A DNA stretch of 64,000 nt from Moniliella sp. 'wahieum' (GCA_003971905.1 RSEE01000108.1:124001-188000); one strand, 5' to 3'; numbered from the stretch's first letter, positions 12,176-26,908 are shown. Notes: generated by a model not told the origin, from the sequence alone. Numbers and translations are program-made.

Positions 12176-15100
12176 ATGAGCACCGCCCTCCACCTGCCCC
12201 CGCCCCCACCGCCACCCTGGGCCGCCGCCTCTCCCGCCGCAGCCCAGGCGAGCACCTCCGACCGCCTCGCGCGTCTCGTCCACATGCTCACCGCCATGGC
12301 CCAGTGGGAAGAGAGCCGGCAAGCATGGTGGACCACATGCATCCTACCCTTGGCGCCCACCTCCGCCGCCGCCCGCGCCCACGCCACTCGTCTCGCCACC
12401 TTGTCCCCCCCCACTGCTGCCGACGCTCCGGTTGTCGATGGCGTCCCGCCCGACGCAACCCCTCTTCCCGAGCGCGGCCGACGCGCCTACCGGGGACGAG
12501 TCCCCGTCCCAGCCCCACTCCCCGTCCCGACTTTCCCCGCCAAGTCCACCCCCCTCGTCCTCTACCCCGCGCTTTTGGACCAAGCAGAAGATCTGATGCT
12601 TCGCCTCTGGTCGCATCGCTGGGCCAGCACCCAATTCACCGCCCGCCTCGCCGCCGTCGTCGACAGTTCCTCTTCGCCCCCCACCCAAGCCCAACGAGAG
12701 GCCGGGGTGGGGGCCGAGCCCGTTAGTCCCTTCTCCCTCACCCCCTCGGTGACTGCCCAGCTAGCCCACCGCATTCGACTGCGCCTAGCCTGCACCGCCG
12801 CACGCTCGCTCGTACGCCGATGCAGATGCATGCGCTGCGCACGCGCCTCCATCGCTGGACCTGATGGAGGCGAGTGGGTCCGAAGGCCATGCGTCCATGA
12901 TGCCCATTCCGTCCCAAATGCTCGGTGGCGAGTCCCCGACGACGGTCATGCGCGACCTCGAGTTGGCCTACGTCCCGACCGACGGAGAAGACGAAGAACA
13001 CTCCCCCCTGCCCAAACTGTCAGCAGAAGAGGAACTGCGGCTGCTCAAGGCCCAAGTCCAGGATATTGCTCGCGTGTGCAAAGTACGTACCTCTGGACTT
13101 GGCTTGCTTGGCATTGGCCTTGATCTTGACTTTGGCTTTGGCTATGGAACAGGATGAGTGGCTGACGATACTTTTTTTTTCTCTCTTTCTTCTCATCTCT
13201 CTTTCGCTAGGCGGTCGCGTTTGGTGATCTTTCGCAGTACGTGACGGTCCCCACGCGGGGTCCGGTGATGCAAGATCTGAAGGAGATCATCAACCAGATG
13301 GTCAAGACGCTCTCTGAGTTTACCGCGGACGTGACGCGGGTCAGTTTGGAAGTGGGCACGCAGGGCAAGTTGGGCGGCCAAGTCAAGGCAGAAGGGGTGG
13401 AAGGACGATGGAAAGAACTGAAAGATGTGGTGAACAACTTGGCGATGAACCTGACGAACCAAGTGCGTGGGGTGGGCATGTGCACCAAAGCCGTGGCGCG
13501 GGCGACTTGAGCCAAAAGATCCATGTGCAAGCCGAGGGCGAAGTGGGCGATTTGATCGATACGATGAACACGATGGTGGAGCAGCTGCGCGACTTTGCCA
13601 ATGAGGTGACGCGCGTGTCGAGGGAGGTGGGCTCGATGGGCCAGTTGGGCGGACAAGCCTATGTGCCTGGTGTGGAAGGCGTGTGGGAAGAGTTGACAAT
13701 CAATGTCAATCGAATGTGTTCGAATTTGACGGAACAGGTGCGCTCCATCTCGATGGTCACCACCGCTGTGGCCAAGGGCAATTTGACCAAGACGATCGAC
13801 ATTGAAGCGGAAGGAGAAATGGCGCAGCTGAAGGATACGGTCAACTCGATGGTGGCTCGGTTACGGGTGTTTGCATCCGAGGTGGTCCGCATGTCCATGG
13901 AGGTCGGCACGTACGGCAAGTTGGGCGGCCAAGCGCATGTGCCCAACGTCGAGGGCACATGGAAAGATTTGACCGACAATGTGAATCGGATGGCGGACAA
14001 CTTGACATCGCAAGTGCGCGAGATTGCTCGGGTCACCAAGAATGTGGAAGAAGGAGTGTTGACCGAGTTTATCAATGTCGATGCCAAAGGCGAGATCTTG
14101 GACCTCAAGATCACCGTCAACAATATGGTCAAACAACTCAAAACCTTATCCGACGAGATCATTCGCGTCTCGGTCGAAGTGGGTACCGAAGGCCGCCTGG
14201 GCGGGCAGGCCAACGTACGTGGAGTCAAGGGGCAGTGGCAAGTGCTCACCGACCGAGTCAACATGATGGCCGCCAACCTAACCACCCAGGTCCGCTCCAT
14301 TGCTGCCGTCACCACCGCCGTCGCACGTGGCGACCTAGGCCAGACGATCAATGTCGAGGTGCGGGGGGAGCTGCTGGATCTCAAGTTGACCGTCAACGAG
14401 ATGGTCAAGTTCCTCCGCACCTTCTCCACTGAGGTGACACGTGTGGCCGCGAGGTGGGTACGGAGGGCAAGTTGGGCGGGAAAGCGGTGGTGCTGGGGAT
14501 TGAAGGCACGTGGAAAGACCTGACCGAATCGGTTAACACCATGGCAGGCAACTTGACCTTGCAAGTGCGTACGATCGCGCATGCGACCACCGCGGTGGCC
14601 AATGGCGATCTGAGCCAAAAAGTCACCATTCCCGTGGCGGGAGAGATGCTGGATTTGGTCAATACGATCAGCAACATGATCGATCAACTGTCCTTTTTTG
14701 CGTCCGAGGTGACCCGGTCGCGCGCGAAGTGGGGACAGAAGGCAAGCTGGGTGTACAGGCCGAGGCCAAGGACGTCAAGGGCAAATGGGCAGAGATCACG
14801 GACAATGTCAACATTATGGCCAACAACCTTACTTCGCAAGTACGCGCCTTTGCCCAGATCACTGCCGCCGCCACGGATGGCGACTTTACCCGCTTTGTCA
14901 CGGTCGAGGCCAATGGCGAGATGGACTCGCTCAAGACCAAAATCAACCAGATGGTCTTTAGTCTGCGCGACTCGATCCAAAAGAACACTGCGGCCAGGGA
15001 GGCCGCCGAGTTGGCCAACCGGTCCAAGTCGGAGTTTTTGGCCAACATGTCGCATGAGATTCGAACGCCCATGAACGGCATCATTGGCCTCACCACGCTC

Positions 15101-16611
15101 ACGCTCGAATCCGAGTTGAGCCGTAGCCAACGGGAGAACTTGGTTACCGTCTCGACGTTGGCCAACAACTTGTTGGCCATCATTGATGATATTCTGGACA
15201 TCTCCAAGATCGAAGCGGGACGCATGACGGTCGAGGAAGATCCGTTCAGTTTGCGCAGCATCGTGTTTAGTGTGCTCAAGACCCTGGCGGTACGAGCGAC
15301 ACAGAAAAAGTTACGACTCTTGTACGAGGTGAGTCCCGACTGTCCCGAGCCGCTGGTGGGCGACGCACTGCGTCTCAAACAGATCATCACCAACTTGATT
15401 GGCAATGCGGTCAAGTTTACGGAATCGGGGGGCCGTGTGTTGCTCACGTGCAAGGTAGCGCGCCGGATCAGTGAGGACGAGGTGATGCTTGAATTTTGTG
15501 CGTCCGACTCGGGCATTGGCATCAAGCCTGAAAAACTCGATTTGATCTTTGACACGTTTAGCCAAGCCGACGGCTCGACCACGCGCAAGTACGGTGGCAC
15601 CGGGCTTGGGCTCAGCATTTCTCGACGGCTGGTCAAGTTGATGGGGGGCGACTTGTGGGTGCAAAGTGATTATGGGAAAGGATCCGAGTTTTTCTTTACG
15701 ATGGTGGTGCGGATTGACAAGTTGACGCCCGAGCAGATTGCAGACAAGATGCGGCCCTATGTCGACCGCAACATCTTCTTCCTCGATACTCTGCATGGTC
15801 AGACCGACTTGGTGGACAAACTGCGCCAGCTCAAACTCAATCCGATCCATTGCCATTCGGTCGAGGAAGCGCTGGCGCTTACCCGCCAACACCGTCTGCC
15901 CCGCATCGACTCGATCATCGTCGACTCGATCGATGCCGTGAGCGACGTGCGGATGGTCGAGACGCTGCATTACATCCCCATCAACCTCATCACGCCCTAC
16001 GAGATCACGCTCAGCCTCACCTTCTGTCTCGACAATGGCATCGCTAGCTACATCACCACCCCGGCCTCGGCAGTGGACATTATGTACACCATGCTACCGT
16101 TGCTGGAAAGTGCAGCATCAGTACCGTCCGAAGGCACCACCGACGTGACCTACGACATTCTCTTGGCTGAAGACAACCAAGTCAACCAAAAGCTCGCCGT
16201 CAAGATGCTGAGCAACCAAGGGCACCGGATCGACGTTGTGCCCAACGGCGCCGAGGCAGTGGACGCGGTGAAGCACAAGGCGTACGATGTGATCCTGATG
16301 GACGTGTCGATGCCGATCATGGGCGGGATCGAGGCAACGATGGCGATTCGAGAGTGGGAGAAGGAAGAAGGGATTGAAGAGACAGCAGTACCGATCATTG
16401 CCCTCACAGCCCACGCCATGTTGGGCGACAAGGAACGCTGTCTCAAGCAGGCATGAACGCCTATGTCTCCAAGCCCATCCGACGCGCCGAACTCATCACC
16501 ACCCTTCACAACCTCCTGCCGCCAGGACGAGTGTGGCCGCGACCGACCAACCCAAGCCACGAAGGACTGAGTCCCAAAGACAAATTGGCGCTCGCTACCG
16601 CAGGACGATAG
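12176..16611 (+). CDS. NIK1: Group III hybrid histidine kinase (Nik1/Os-1/Tco1-type): poly-HAMP, HisKA, HATPase, pseudo-receiver, receiver
   Basis: [19 protein letters not shown], intron 13083-13210, six ~92-aa repeats (AVAxGDL..EVGTxGKLGGQA..W..LT..VN.MA.NLT.QVR) plus a final HAMP, H-box [43 protein letters not shown], receiver [23 protein letters not shown]. Several 1-2 nt indels. Confidence 0.95.
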
Positions 16612-17919
16612 TCTCGTCGATCCTCCTGGGCCAAGGTGGGAGGTCAGACTATTTTGTCTTGTTCCTGTCGCGTCGGCCCAGTACATCCAAGTGGATCCGA
16701 CCCAGGTCTCCATACAACGTCTTCCTACTCTGTACAAGGTCTCTCTGTACACTACCCACCAGTCGTAGGAGTTGGTTGCCTTCCCCCCCCGCCCCTTCGC
16801 TTTTTGCCCCTGTCGTTCGGGCACCCCTTCACCATCTTGCTTAGTTGCACTCCCTCCCAGCTCCCCGCTTCCGTTGGACTGTCCCCTTCCCCCTCTTTTC
16901 TCCGCGCCATCGTGTACAGAAGATACCTCACCGTGTGCCCTCCTTGCAGATGTTGCCACCACCCTCTTCACTCCCCTTTCTCTTTCCTTCACTTCCATCC
17001 GCTCCACCCCCGTGCCTTTTAGGACGCTTTGCTCTGGCCTCCTGCGCTCACCTCAACATGGAACGCGTGAGGAAGGATGAAGTCGCGCGTGCACATCTTT
17101 TTCCTATGATGCAAACCAGGTTTTTCTGTCTCGCTCTTTCATGTCTGCAGTGGCAGTCTCGTGCCCCAGGCCAACCATGCATGACACCGCATCGCATATA
17201 CTCTTAGTAGTATCGTCGTTTCACTATAGTAGGAACCGGCGCACCGGGGGGGGGGCTTCGTCCATCCGCGCTGGCAATTAGGGCCGCGGACAAAAGGAAC
17301 ACTATGTATTACTCAGGTTGGAAAGGGTGGTGATCGAGGTAATCACCCATCAGGTGGAACGTTTATACGTTGATACGTTGATACTTCTTTCCCATTCTTG
17401 GGAGGCTGACGGCCAGAAACCCCACTATACTCTCTGGTGACCGGTGTTTTCACCTGGAGCGTATGTGGGGGGGATCAAAGGGTTGTTTTTTGTGGATTCG
17501 TATGTATAAGTTTTGAGACTCGTCAGTTGACGCACAACAACGCAATTGCTATTATTAGAGTAGCGTGCACATGTGCACTGGGCCCGCATGTGTTCGAAGG
17601 CGACTGGATACTGTAATAATAAGGCCTGACAATGGAGCACGCGCGTGGTTAGAAGAAACGACGGAGAGTACTACTGAATGCGTCCGTTGGTGCTGGCCTT
17701 GTGGGCTGCATTAGGGACTAGTATTAAGGGCCACGCGAAACCAGGTGCTACATATACATGTAACCCTCCGGGCATTTGGGGAAGGGGAGCGGAGGTGAGA
17801 AGATGGAACACAACGAGGGAATGCAAGCAATCATTCAGTGAGAGGAGTGTGAGAACAAATAAAAGAGGACGAAAGAGGCAACCGTCTGGCTGCCATCCGT
17901 GTGCATGATCAACGATCAC

Positions 17920-20900
17920 TTACCCCCGCGCCTGAACGGCCTCAACGGTCTGGGCAAAATCGTTGGCCCACGCCTGGGCAGCAGCAGGCGAGGCGGTCGA
18001 AAGGTATAGATGGATTTCGAGTCGCGCAGGCGCACCGTTTCGCCTTGTACGGCCATCTGTTCGGGCGAGCAGAGGTCGATCAACGCGCGCAGGGTGGGGG
18101 GATGGGCGAGGGAGGAGAAGGGGTCGTCGGCGCACAGGGAATCAGGTCCAACGATCTAGTTCCTTTACCTTGCCCGGTGGCCAGGGGCAAAAGGAGCACA
18201 AGCATCGGTACAGAGCAACAGGGTTACCTGAGCCGCCGTCTCCTCTTGGTCCAGCACATCCACCTTGACTGGTTCTTCTTCTGCTGGTGGTGTTGGTGTT
18301 GATGTTGGTTGTGGCGGTGTTGGTGATTGTGGTTGTCTCCTCTGGCCCCGTTGTTCCCTCCTCGGCGGCAGAAGGACGGACATAAGTCTGGGCCAGACGG
18401 ACAATGCGATGAAGACGCAACGTTCCGTCCCTGACAAGTTTGCGGTGGGGCTGTACGAGGAGGCCCATGCGTCCGTGCAAGTACAGACCGCCTAAGCGGT
18501 CTTGCCAAGCATACAGCCGCCGCTCCCGCTCGGCTTGGCGTTGCGCCTCGTTCATCGCCTTGGCCATGCGCAGGATACAGCTGAGCGCGGTGGGGACCGC
18601 GTGCGCCGGCTGACCTTCGCCCGTCAACCCGGCCGGAAGGCAGCGCAGCAGTTCTTCCAGCATTAGTTGGTAGCGCGGGATTCGCTGCACGGGCAGGAGA
18701 AGGTAACTGTGCAGTGCCAACGACGCGCTGCGCGGGTCGGCCTGGGCACGCTTCAAGTACTTTTGAATGGCTTTGCGCTGTGCAAGCGGTTCCGTCTCGG
18801 CCTGGGGGACACGCTGCCGGTTTCAGGAACGGTAGAGGGAGAGACGTGGGACCCCAAAGCGCCTGAAGACGCATTCCATTTGCGCAACGTGCTGGGTCGC
18901 GGTTGCGATGCTGCCTTGGTCTTGAGACTCTCCATCCCGCTCGGCAGGGGCTGGGACCAGCGGGCGAGAATGTGCTGCGCCTCGTCGCAGTGGCTCACAA
19001 AGGATGCGTACATACGCAACAGCGCAGCATGTTCAACAAACACCGTGGCAGCCGCAACCGCCGCTCGTACCGACGTTTCCTCCTCCTGTCCCGTCCCCAT
19101 CGACAACAGAGGCGCCAACGCGTCCCGCAGCGCGGGCAAAACGCTTCTTGGTGTACGTGCAACAGCGATTCAACGTTACCAAATACCATTCGGACCTGCG
19201 AAGCCGACACGGGCGATTTGGTGCCCTTGAGCGGGACGAGGTAGACGCTAACCAACGCCTGCAACCCTTTGACGTACGACTCTTCCGACCGCAAGAGCTC
19301 AAGTAAGATCCGTTGTCGTCGCTCGCTGTCTGGCTTGGCCAACGAACGTACCTGCGCCACATGGGCCGCTACCTCTGGCTCGCTCGTTCCCATCCATTCG
19401 ACGAGCCCGGCCAGGGGGAAGGAGCCTGGCGCAGGTTGACCAGGAGGGCAGGATGGATCGTTAACTGCCCCGGTACTCGTGCGGTCGAGCGAGGGGGTAG
19501 CGGTGTGAGCGACCTGGGTGTGCTGGGGCGCAGAGGGTGGGTGGGCGCAGGGCAAGACTCAAGCGGGCAAGACAAGTCTTCCAAATCACGTAGGTACCGG
19601 AACAGACCCTGCAACTGGATTTGGTGCTGTTGCTTGCGCCGTTGGGATCGGTCCGCCTCTTCTTCCGAGACAGATAGCTGGTGCAGGGCTGAATCAAGAA
19701 GACCCAGATCGGGGAGACTGGTATTCCCGTCGTGCGAAGAGTGAGAAAGAACGCTGTTGCACCCTGGTTTGACCGCCACCGCCTGGCTGCAACAAAGTGG
19801 ACGAGAAGAGGGTGGTGTGCCTTTCTTCCTCTTCCGTGGCCGGTGGGGTTGCGAGGCCAAATACAGTTTCGATCGTAGATCCGTCCAAGTCGGTCTCGAG
19901 GCCCGCACCGGGGGCCTTGTGGGACCGCTTGAGTTTCTCTGCAAAACGTCGGCTTTTGCTCTTTTTGAACTGAGGCGTCTTGTCGGGTGCGAGACGAGCG
20001 GACCACGCGCTGGGTGGGCCCAACGGCGCATTGGGACTCTTCGATCGAGCGGTAGGAAGGGTGGGCATCGATGGCGCCCGGGCGTCTGCGCCGTACGGGC
20101 CGAGAGAAGAAGAGGGTGCCAGGGGCTCGGCGGTGCCGACACTGGATGTGGACAAGGATCCTCGGCCCGACGAAAGCGAAAGCGAAGGGTGGGATGACGA
20201 GCGCGGGTAGAGGAAAGCAGGTGAGAAAGCGTCCGAGGCGAGGACCGCGTCGGAGCAGAAGCAAGTACCGGCCCCACCACTTCTCTCCACGGTTCCAACA
20301 GCGGGTTGCCCTCCAAGTGCAGGACCGAGAGATGGAGGAGCTTGTGCAGCCACAGGGGAGGCATGGTCAGACGGTTGTTCGCCAAGCTCAGCACAGTAAG
20401 GTGCGGAAGTGAGGCCAATCCGGCAGGCACCTCAGTCGCCCCCGTCGAATCCCAAATCAAGACTTGGAGGTTGGTCAGCTGATTGAGCCAGGAGGGTGGG
20501 CTGCCGAGGGGGTGCGGGATACGTTGAGTTCGCGCAGCGACGTGCACAGGCTCAGTGTGGTCGGCATCCGGTTCAGCATGCAGTCGCTCACGTCGAGCGT
20601 GAGCAGTGAGCTGGCCATGGTAGGTAACACCACTTGCAGCAACTCCTCGAGCGGCCCATCGTGTGTGCCGGGGATGTGCAGGTGCTGGATGGGTCCGTCG
20701 TGTCCAATTTTGGCCAACGCAATTGCTACCTCCCTTACCGACTTGTGCTCCAGGACGACCTTGCCCGCCCCAGGTGGCAAGCGAGGCAGGGCATCGCTCG
20801 TTGCCCCGGATGCAGATGGGCCGCAAGTGGGGACGGTGGGCTCCGGGAGATTGTCGTCCGGTTCGGGTGGTTCGAGTGCCATGCTCTCGTTGCTCTGGAC

Positions 20901-21259
20901 CGACTCGGGGGGGACGAAGGCCGCTTGATCTCCCACTCCAACTCGCCTTCCTCATCGGCCACAATGTCCAGGCCGTAGCGGGGCTCGCACCGTGTCAGCT
21001 CAGGAAGTGGCGGGTGCTCGAGGTCAAGGGAGTGCTGTGTGGCGGAGGTGGTGGCACTATGCACAGTCCAGAGCGAGGCACGGGAGGCGCGGGTGGACGA
21101 GCTGTAGCGCGTCGAGCCGCTGTACCGGGCGGCACCGCCGAAGCGCGAGGCTGGATCGGTGCCCTGCGGTGTGGGTTGGTGTGGTAGCAGGGGACGCGGG
21201 GGGAGGGGAGTGTACATGAGCGCACGCTTGTCGGCCGTGTCGGGGAGGGCGGGGCGCAT
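17920..21259 (-). CDS. LRR + RhoGEF (DH) + PH domain protein (frameshifted; 3' end may continue after a GTAAGT donor at ~17920)
   Basis: LRR consensus segments (LLTLDVSDCMLNRMP, LTVLSLANNRLTMPP, LSVLHLEGNPL), DH motifs RQRILLELLRSEESYVKGLQALVSVYL and LHSYLLLPVQRIPRYQLMLEELL, PH start LVQPHRKLVRDGTL and C-terminal helix AAQAWANDF. Confidence 0.8.
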
Positions 21260-24200
21260 GTGGGGCGGGGGCGAGGCTAGCAGTGGTGGGACAGGTGGCC
21301 GTGGATGGGAAGAGACGGTTGGAGGGCAGGCAGGCAGGCAGCGATGGAGACGCGGTCGCGGTGGGAGCGCATGAGCCACGGGACGGACTGCGGCTGGGGA
21401 TGGCCATGGTTGTGCGGCCACGAGGAGGAGGAGGAGGAGGAGGAGAGGTGGTGGTGGAGGGGGACGGGGAGGGGCGGCAGCAGCAGGGAGCAGGAAGAAG
21501 AGGCGAACGACCGCACAACCAAGCGCTCCAGAGCGAAGCAACGCCCAGGCAACGCCCAGGTGCCGGCTTCTCCCCGTGTCTTGCTTGTATCTCAGGTCCC
21601 CTGATCGGCCTGGTGAATGGTTATCGATTATCGAATTAATGATCTTAAGGACTGCTCACCGGTCACCGGTCGCAGCTCAGTGTGCCCCAACGCAATACAG
21701 CGGAAAGCTTAAAGCAGAAGGCACGACGCGGAGCACACTGGCGCCGTTCGAAGAGGATGTGTGCAGGCACAGCAGCACACAGTGGAGCAGCGCCGCCCCG
21801 CCCGCGCCGTCGTCCCTGGTCACCGGTCCCAGCGTCACCCATCATCCGTCACACTGTGGCGCCTATCGCGCAAGGCGCAGCGCCAGTGTCGAGGTGCTAG
21901 CCATCGACCATCCCGAATCGTCCTCACATCAATCTCACACCCGAAACAGGCAACAAGGGCCTCAGGAACCGACCAACACGTCTGATCAGGAACTGCTGGC
22001 CTGCAGACCCTGCCTACCCTGCCTGTCGTGTCCCCTAGGGGGCTCCTGTTTCTTTTGCACCGCGTGTGGACATACAAGCGGATGACCATAGGATCAGTAG
22101 TGCGTTCAGCACGTTGAATGATCGATGAAAACGGTAGGCTTAACGTTGCTGTTGACCGATCGTTGTGCGTTGACCCGATTGACCACGTTGACACGTTGAC
22201 CACCATCCCCACCACCGCTGAGGCTCAGCACTCACAGCCTCAGCGCTGCGCTATAGGGTCGAGGGTCGCCCGCCACATGTCACATGTCACACATGTCGCA
22301 ACTAAGAAGACCTAAAATCTTGCCCTGGCCCTAGGGCAGGCCCTGGCCCCACGTCAACTCCACGAGGTTTCCCACCACCCCTTTCCTCGTTTGTCCTATC
22401 GGGCAAAACTTGTTTTGCGCACAGCGTACGCGGTGGGTATAATTGGCGAGACCTGCCTATAGCACCGTGCTCTCGCCTCTCAGATCTGAGATCTGATCCG
22501 TGACAGCGTTCGGCACGGAGAAGTCTCCGGACTCGGTGGCAACGCGCTCCACTTGCTCCTGTGGCTCCTGAGGTCAGGGCAGAGCCTACCGAACGTTCAA
22601 CGTTCAATGTTCAGTGCTGAGCCGGGGGAGCAATCCACACCCCATCCCTTAGTTGGGTTATTCCCTGGCCCCCGTCGGTCCTACTTTTTTTCTTGCCCTA
22701 GTACTGTTGCGACGGTGACTGACTTTACCGATCGCGGTGCCCTGCCGGCCTCACTATGCTCACTTAGTACCCCCGAGGCTCCGCGGGCTGCCAAAACGCT
22801 GATGCAGGCGTAACCGCGTAAGCCAACGATACCAGTAGCCTTTTCTGCTGTAGCCCTCGTCCTACTTCCTACCACCAACACCCATCTCTCGCCCGCAATC
22901 GATCACCTACGCTACTGTCCTAACCGCTTCGGCATCCATTGCGGTCTCCATAGCCGGGTGGGCCAGGACGTGGCTACACTCCCTTGCCCCACCTCCCGCC
23001 TGTCTTTTCCCGCTCTCTTATTCACGTGAAGCTCGACTCCACACACTCCATCACAGCAAATGATGGACGGTTGAACGGAATGCGCAGTATGCAATGTTCA
23101 ATTCGTGCGGGCCGCATTACGTAACATGCGAGGTCGTGTGGCGCTGCCCCACTGCTGCGCCGCTGGGTCGGACTAGCAGTGCCCTGCCGGCTCCACAGCC
23201 CCACCAGCTCCACCTGGGCTCTTCTCCGCCTCTCGATCTCCGCGTCACGCGTCATCGACCATCGCTCCCGACGTTTGTTGTGTATTGCTTGGGTGCACCT
23301 GGCGCAGAGTGTGTACGGGTCCATGGAAAAGAAAAGTCTCCTCGATGGCCTTTTCTGTCGGTCGGGTCGATCGGGGTTTTGTGTTCAGAGAAAGATCCGG
23401 AGTGTGGTGCCACATATCCTTGTGACACTGCACCGTCTCTTCGACATCTGTGCATCTCACTGGAGATCACCGCTCAGCGCTTCAGCGCCACAGGCAAACA
23501 AACACGCTCGCTGTACTTAGTAGTTGCCACTTCACAAGCTGCAACACTCTCCCCCTCAGTGATACAAAGTTACACCAGTACAAAACATCCCCTCAAAATT
23601 GCCGAGGGCTAGTATGGGGTGCCACTTGGCCCCGCCAGACTGCGTGGGGCGGGGGAAAATGGGCAGTATCTATATACTACCAAGGAAGTATAAGCAAACC
23701 ATCGTCTCACTCGTAGCGCAATATGGATTGTGGCTACAAAAAGTCACAAGACCAAAGGAGCAGGGGTCTCAGGGAAGGAGAAACAGTACGTGAGCACTGC
23801 AAAGATACTACCAAAGTGGGGCCAATCGAATCTCATTCTCTTTTGCCACAACGAAGAACTATTAAATACCGAAGTACTGTTGGATCCAGACTCGCCACAC
23901 GAATAACAAGATGCAAAGCAGGCAAGGGAGTGGAGAACGAACTGATATAACGCCACAGCGAGGAGGAGGTGCGATAAAAGTGATGTGGTGACGTTTAGGA
24001 CGAACTGCACTATCCAAATACGTAGGCTAGAGAATGAACTGTAGTGCCAGGCAGTGGTTAGAAGGGGCCACAGCTTTTTGGAGGATTGTGTGTGCATAAC
24101 AGGACAGCGGCTGGTATATTAAACCACACAACGCTCTTCAATTATTAATGACGGATTAATGACGAACGGATCAATGACGGACAAACTATACGCCTTTGGC

Positions 24201-26908
24201 CCTCAGCAGTGTATACCTTGGTCATATGAAATGAGCGGTAGCGGTGTGGAGTCAAGTTAAAGAGGGTAGATGTACAGTTTGGTGTAGGGGTGAAGCTTGA
24301 AGAAGCAATAGTTCTTCCCTTTCGAGAATGCATTCTCTTATGGTGGTGACTGAACCGCATCGGAGCGGATTGAGGTTGGGGGGAGGGGACGCCTGCTCCT
24401 TGAGACACAAGGTTGAGAACGGAACTGTTAGAAGCACTACCTCTATAGCAAGTGTTTACATATATCCACAGTTTAAGGCATGCGGTCCTTTTCCAACGTC
24501 TGTGGTTTCTTTGGGCACAACCTTAACTATCAAGGATTTGAGGTCGCGAAAGATGTGTGAGCACTGCTGAGCGTCGAGGTGAACGGCTCCTTTTGAACTG
24601 AGAGAGAATGAAACTCCCCTCACCGAGGAATCTGACTGACTGAGATGCTTTCGTGATGTTCTCAGAAAACTTGTGGGTGTAAAAAGAAGTTTGCACATGA
24701 TACGGTTGCATGTGAAGGTGCCCAATTATCTGATAGTCCTACCTCCTTTTGTTTATGTCCCTGCAGTGTTTTGCAGCTTTCGCCCAATGGCGAACCTCAA
24801 ATCCCCCATTCCCGCCTCTTGTATATACTGGGTCAGATCGTGACACGCACAATGCCTTCTATTCTATAGTAGGCTATACAAGGCGTATAGTCTGCAACGC
24901 TCCATCAATACTAGATTCACGTGAACAAAGCAACCATTCGCGAGCTTCTTCCCGCAACTGGCCACAAGGGCAGAGCAGCTCTCGACTCAAACTATTGGCT
25001 GATGCGGCATGCCATACGGACTGGTAGTGGGACTGCTGATGAACCTGTTTTTTTCGTGGCTGGGGTCTCTCGGCATAATAATCGCCCTGGCTCGCGTCTG
25101 GGTGTGGGTGGAATATGTTGCTGTGACTTTTTCTCCCTGATGCAGGGGGGGGCATATAGTAAGCTAACAACAACGCTGAAGAAGGAGATAACTGAGTCGA
25201 CCAGAGCGCAAGAAAGAAGACTTGATCACCACACAATAGATCAACCCTTTTGCAAGCCGTCCCATTTCATCGGTACAGTCACTCCTCTTTGAGGAGTGAC
25301 CAAGCGTCCCTTCCTCTCTCCCTCTTCACCTGCCCTTTCGTTGGCTGTTCCCTCACCCTGGCCGCTATCTGCCTCGCCACACACATGATGGTACACCGAC
25401 TGCGTATCGTTACAGAAAATATTGCATCCACACACCTCTCCATTACGGCACTGCCACGGCTGCAACACCCACTGCCACCCATGTCCCGCGTTGTCGTTCT
25501 CGACGGAACCGTCAAGGGCATCGAGGGGTTCGGACCTATCGACTCTGATTAAGTGAATTGCTTTAATTGGGTATGATGAACGGTGTCATCGTCCATCAGC
25601 TGATGCGCGGAAACGCGGGAGGACGCTTGTACATTTTGTCATCTATGGTTCCGCCGGCTATACAGAGGCGACACAACAGAGAGTCCATGAGAGTCCATGT
25701 CTGTACTGAGCAACATCCACGATTTCTTGCCTCGAGTCACACTTATGGATCAAACTCATCGGGGTCGAATTTCGTTAGCTCTCATTGAGGCGATATCCAC
25801 TAGTATACCAGAGGTGGCAATCGCAGAAAGCGGGGGACAGCCAACTGAGGCTTGCGTGAATGATCGTTCTGCAGAAAACCATATATTTGAGACGCAAACG
25901 AATCTGTGAGAAGAGAAGGTGTGTTGAAAATACCGTAATCAGTGGCGACGTCTCACACGTCTCACGTTCTACTTCCCATCACATGTCACATTTTGCATCA
26001 GCGCACAGAGCTCCCACAAATCTGGTCTTTCTTACCTGTTCGCAGGTCTTCAATGGCAGTGCTTTCCTTGTATTTTCTCCACCCTCAGTCCCCTGCTATT
26101 GGCGTGCTGGGGAAGAGGGTCTCGCGCGACTAATGCAGGAGTCAGATCGAAGAGGGGGCAGGATGGCCCAAGCACGCTGACATATATAAGCCATTATTGT
26201 CACACTCATCACGGCGTAGAGAGTATACTTTTGCCGTCTTTCTCAGGGATCTCACGGGCCACACCGTGCAGTAATCAATATTGTGAGTCCTGAGTCAATT
26301 CGACGGTGTAAGTTCGGGAGACTCACATCGATACTCTGATAAATGTCCGTGTGCTGGCCTAAGAAGAGAAGAGGAGCGCGCGAGATGCGTGTGCAAAAAA
26401 GGGCCCCCCCCCCCCAACCTCTCTCCCCCCCATCCAGTTGGCTTGACTGTTTACCCCCTGTTTTGTGATTAATTGTGGGTCGCCGCGGACCCTACATAAA
26501 CGCGAGCATCACATGTTTTTTTTAAAGACAAGTATCCCTTTTTAGTCGACTGCAACTGAGGTTGTGAGTCCTCTGCCAAAGTAATAAGGACCCTCTTGTT
26601 TGTCGCTTGCAAAGATAGGAGTGGGAACAGAAGGGCGAAGAAGAGGTGTGCACAGTGTGGCAATTTAAAAGCTCAGATCCTTCTACTCTCCTTTCTACTC
26701 CAACGGGTCTTCTATACCACACACCACCACAACCTTTCTTCGCTACGAAAACGGGCAGTTTTTCATCTTGTGGCCTGTTCAGAGAGCTGCTTTTATCCCT
26801 CCCGCGTTTCTACTGATGCGCTTCTCTTCTCCTTCGTGCGACGACCAGAACGATCTGGAGTACCGGTTGGCAAATCGAGCCGACGAGAGAAACAAGGAAC
26901 CAGAAGAG

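Noticed and set aside
23610..23655. Second CTAG plus GC-rich hairpin resembling a Helitron end
   Set aside because: Imperfect, long-looped stem and no T after CTAG on the relevant strand; likely chance.
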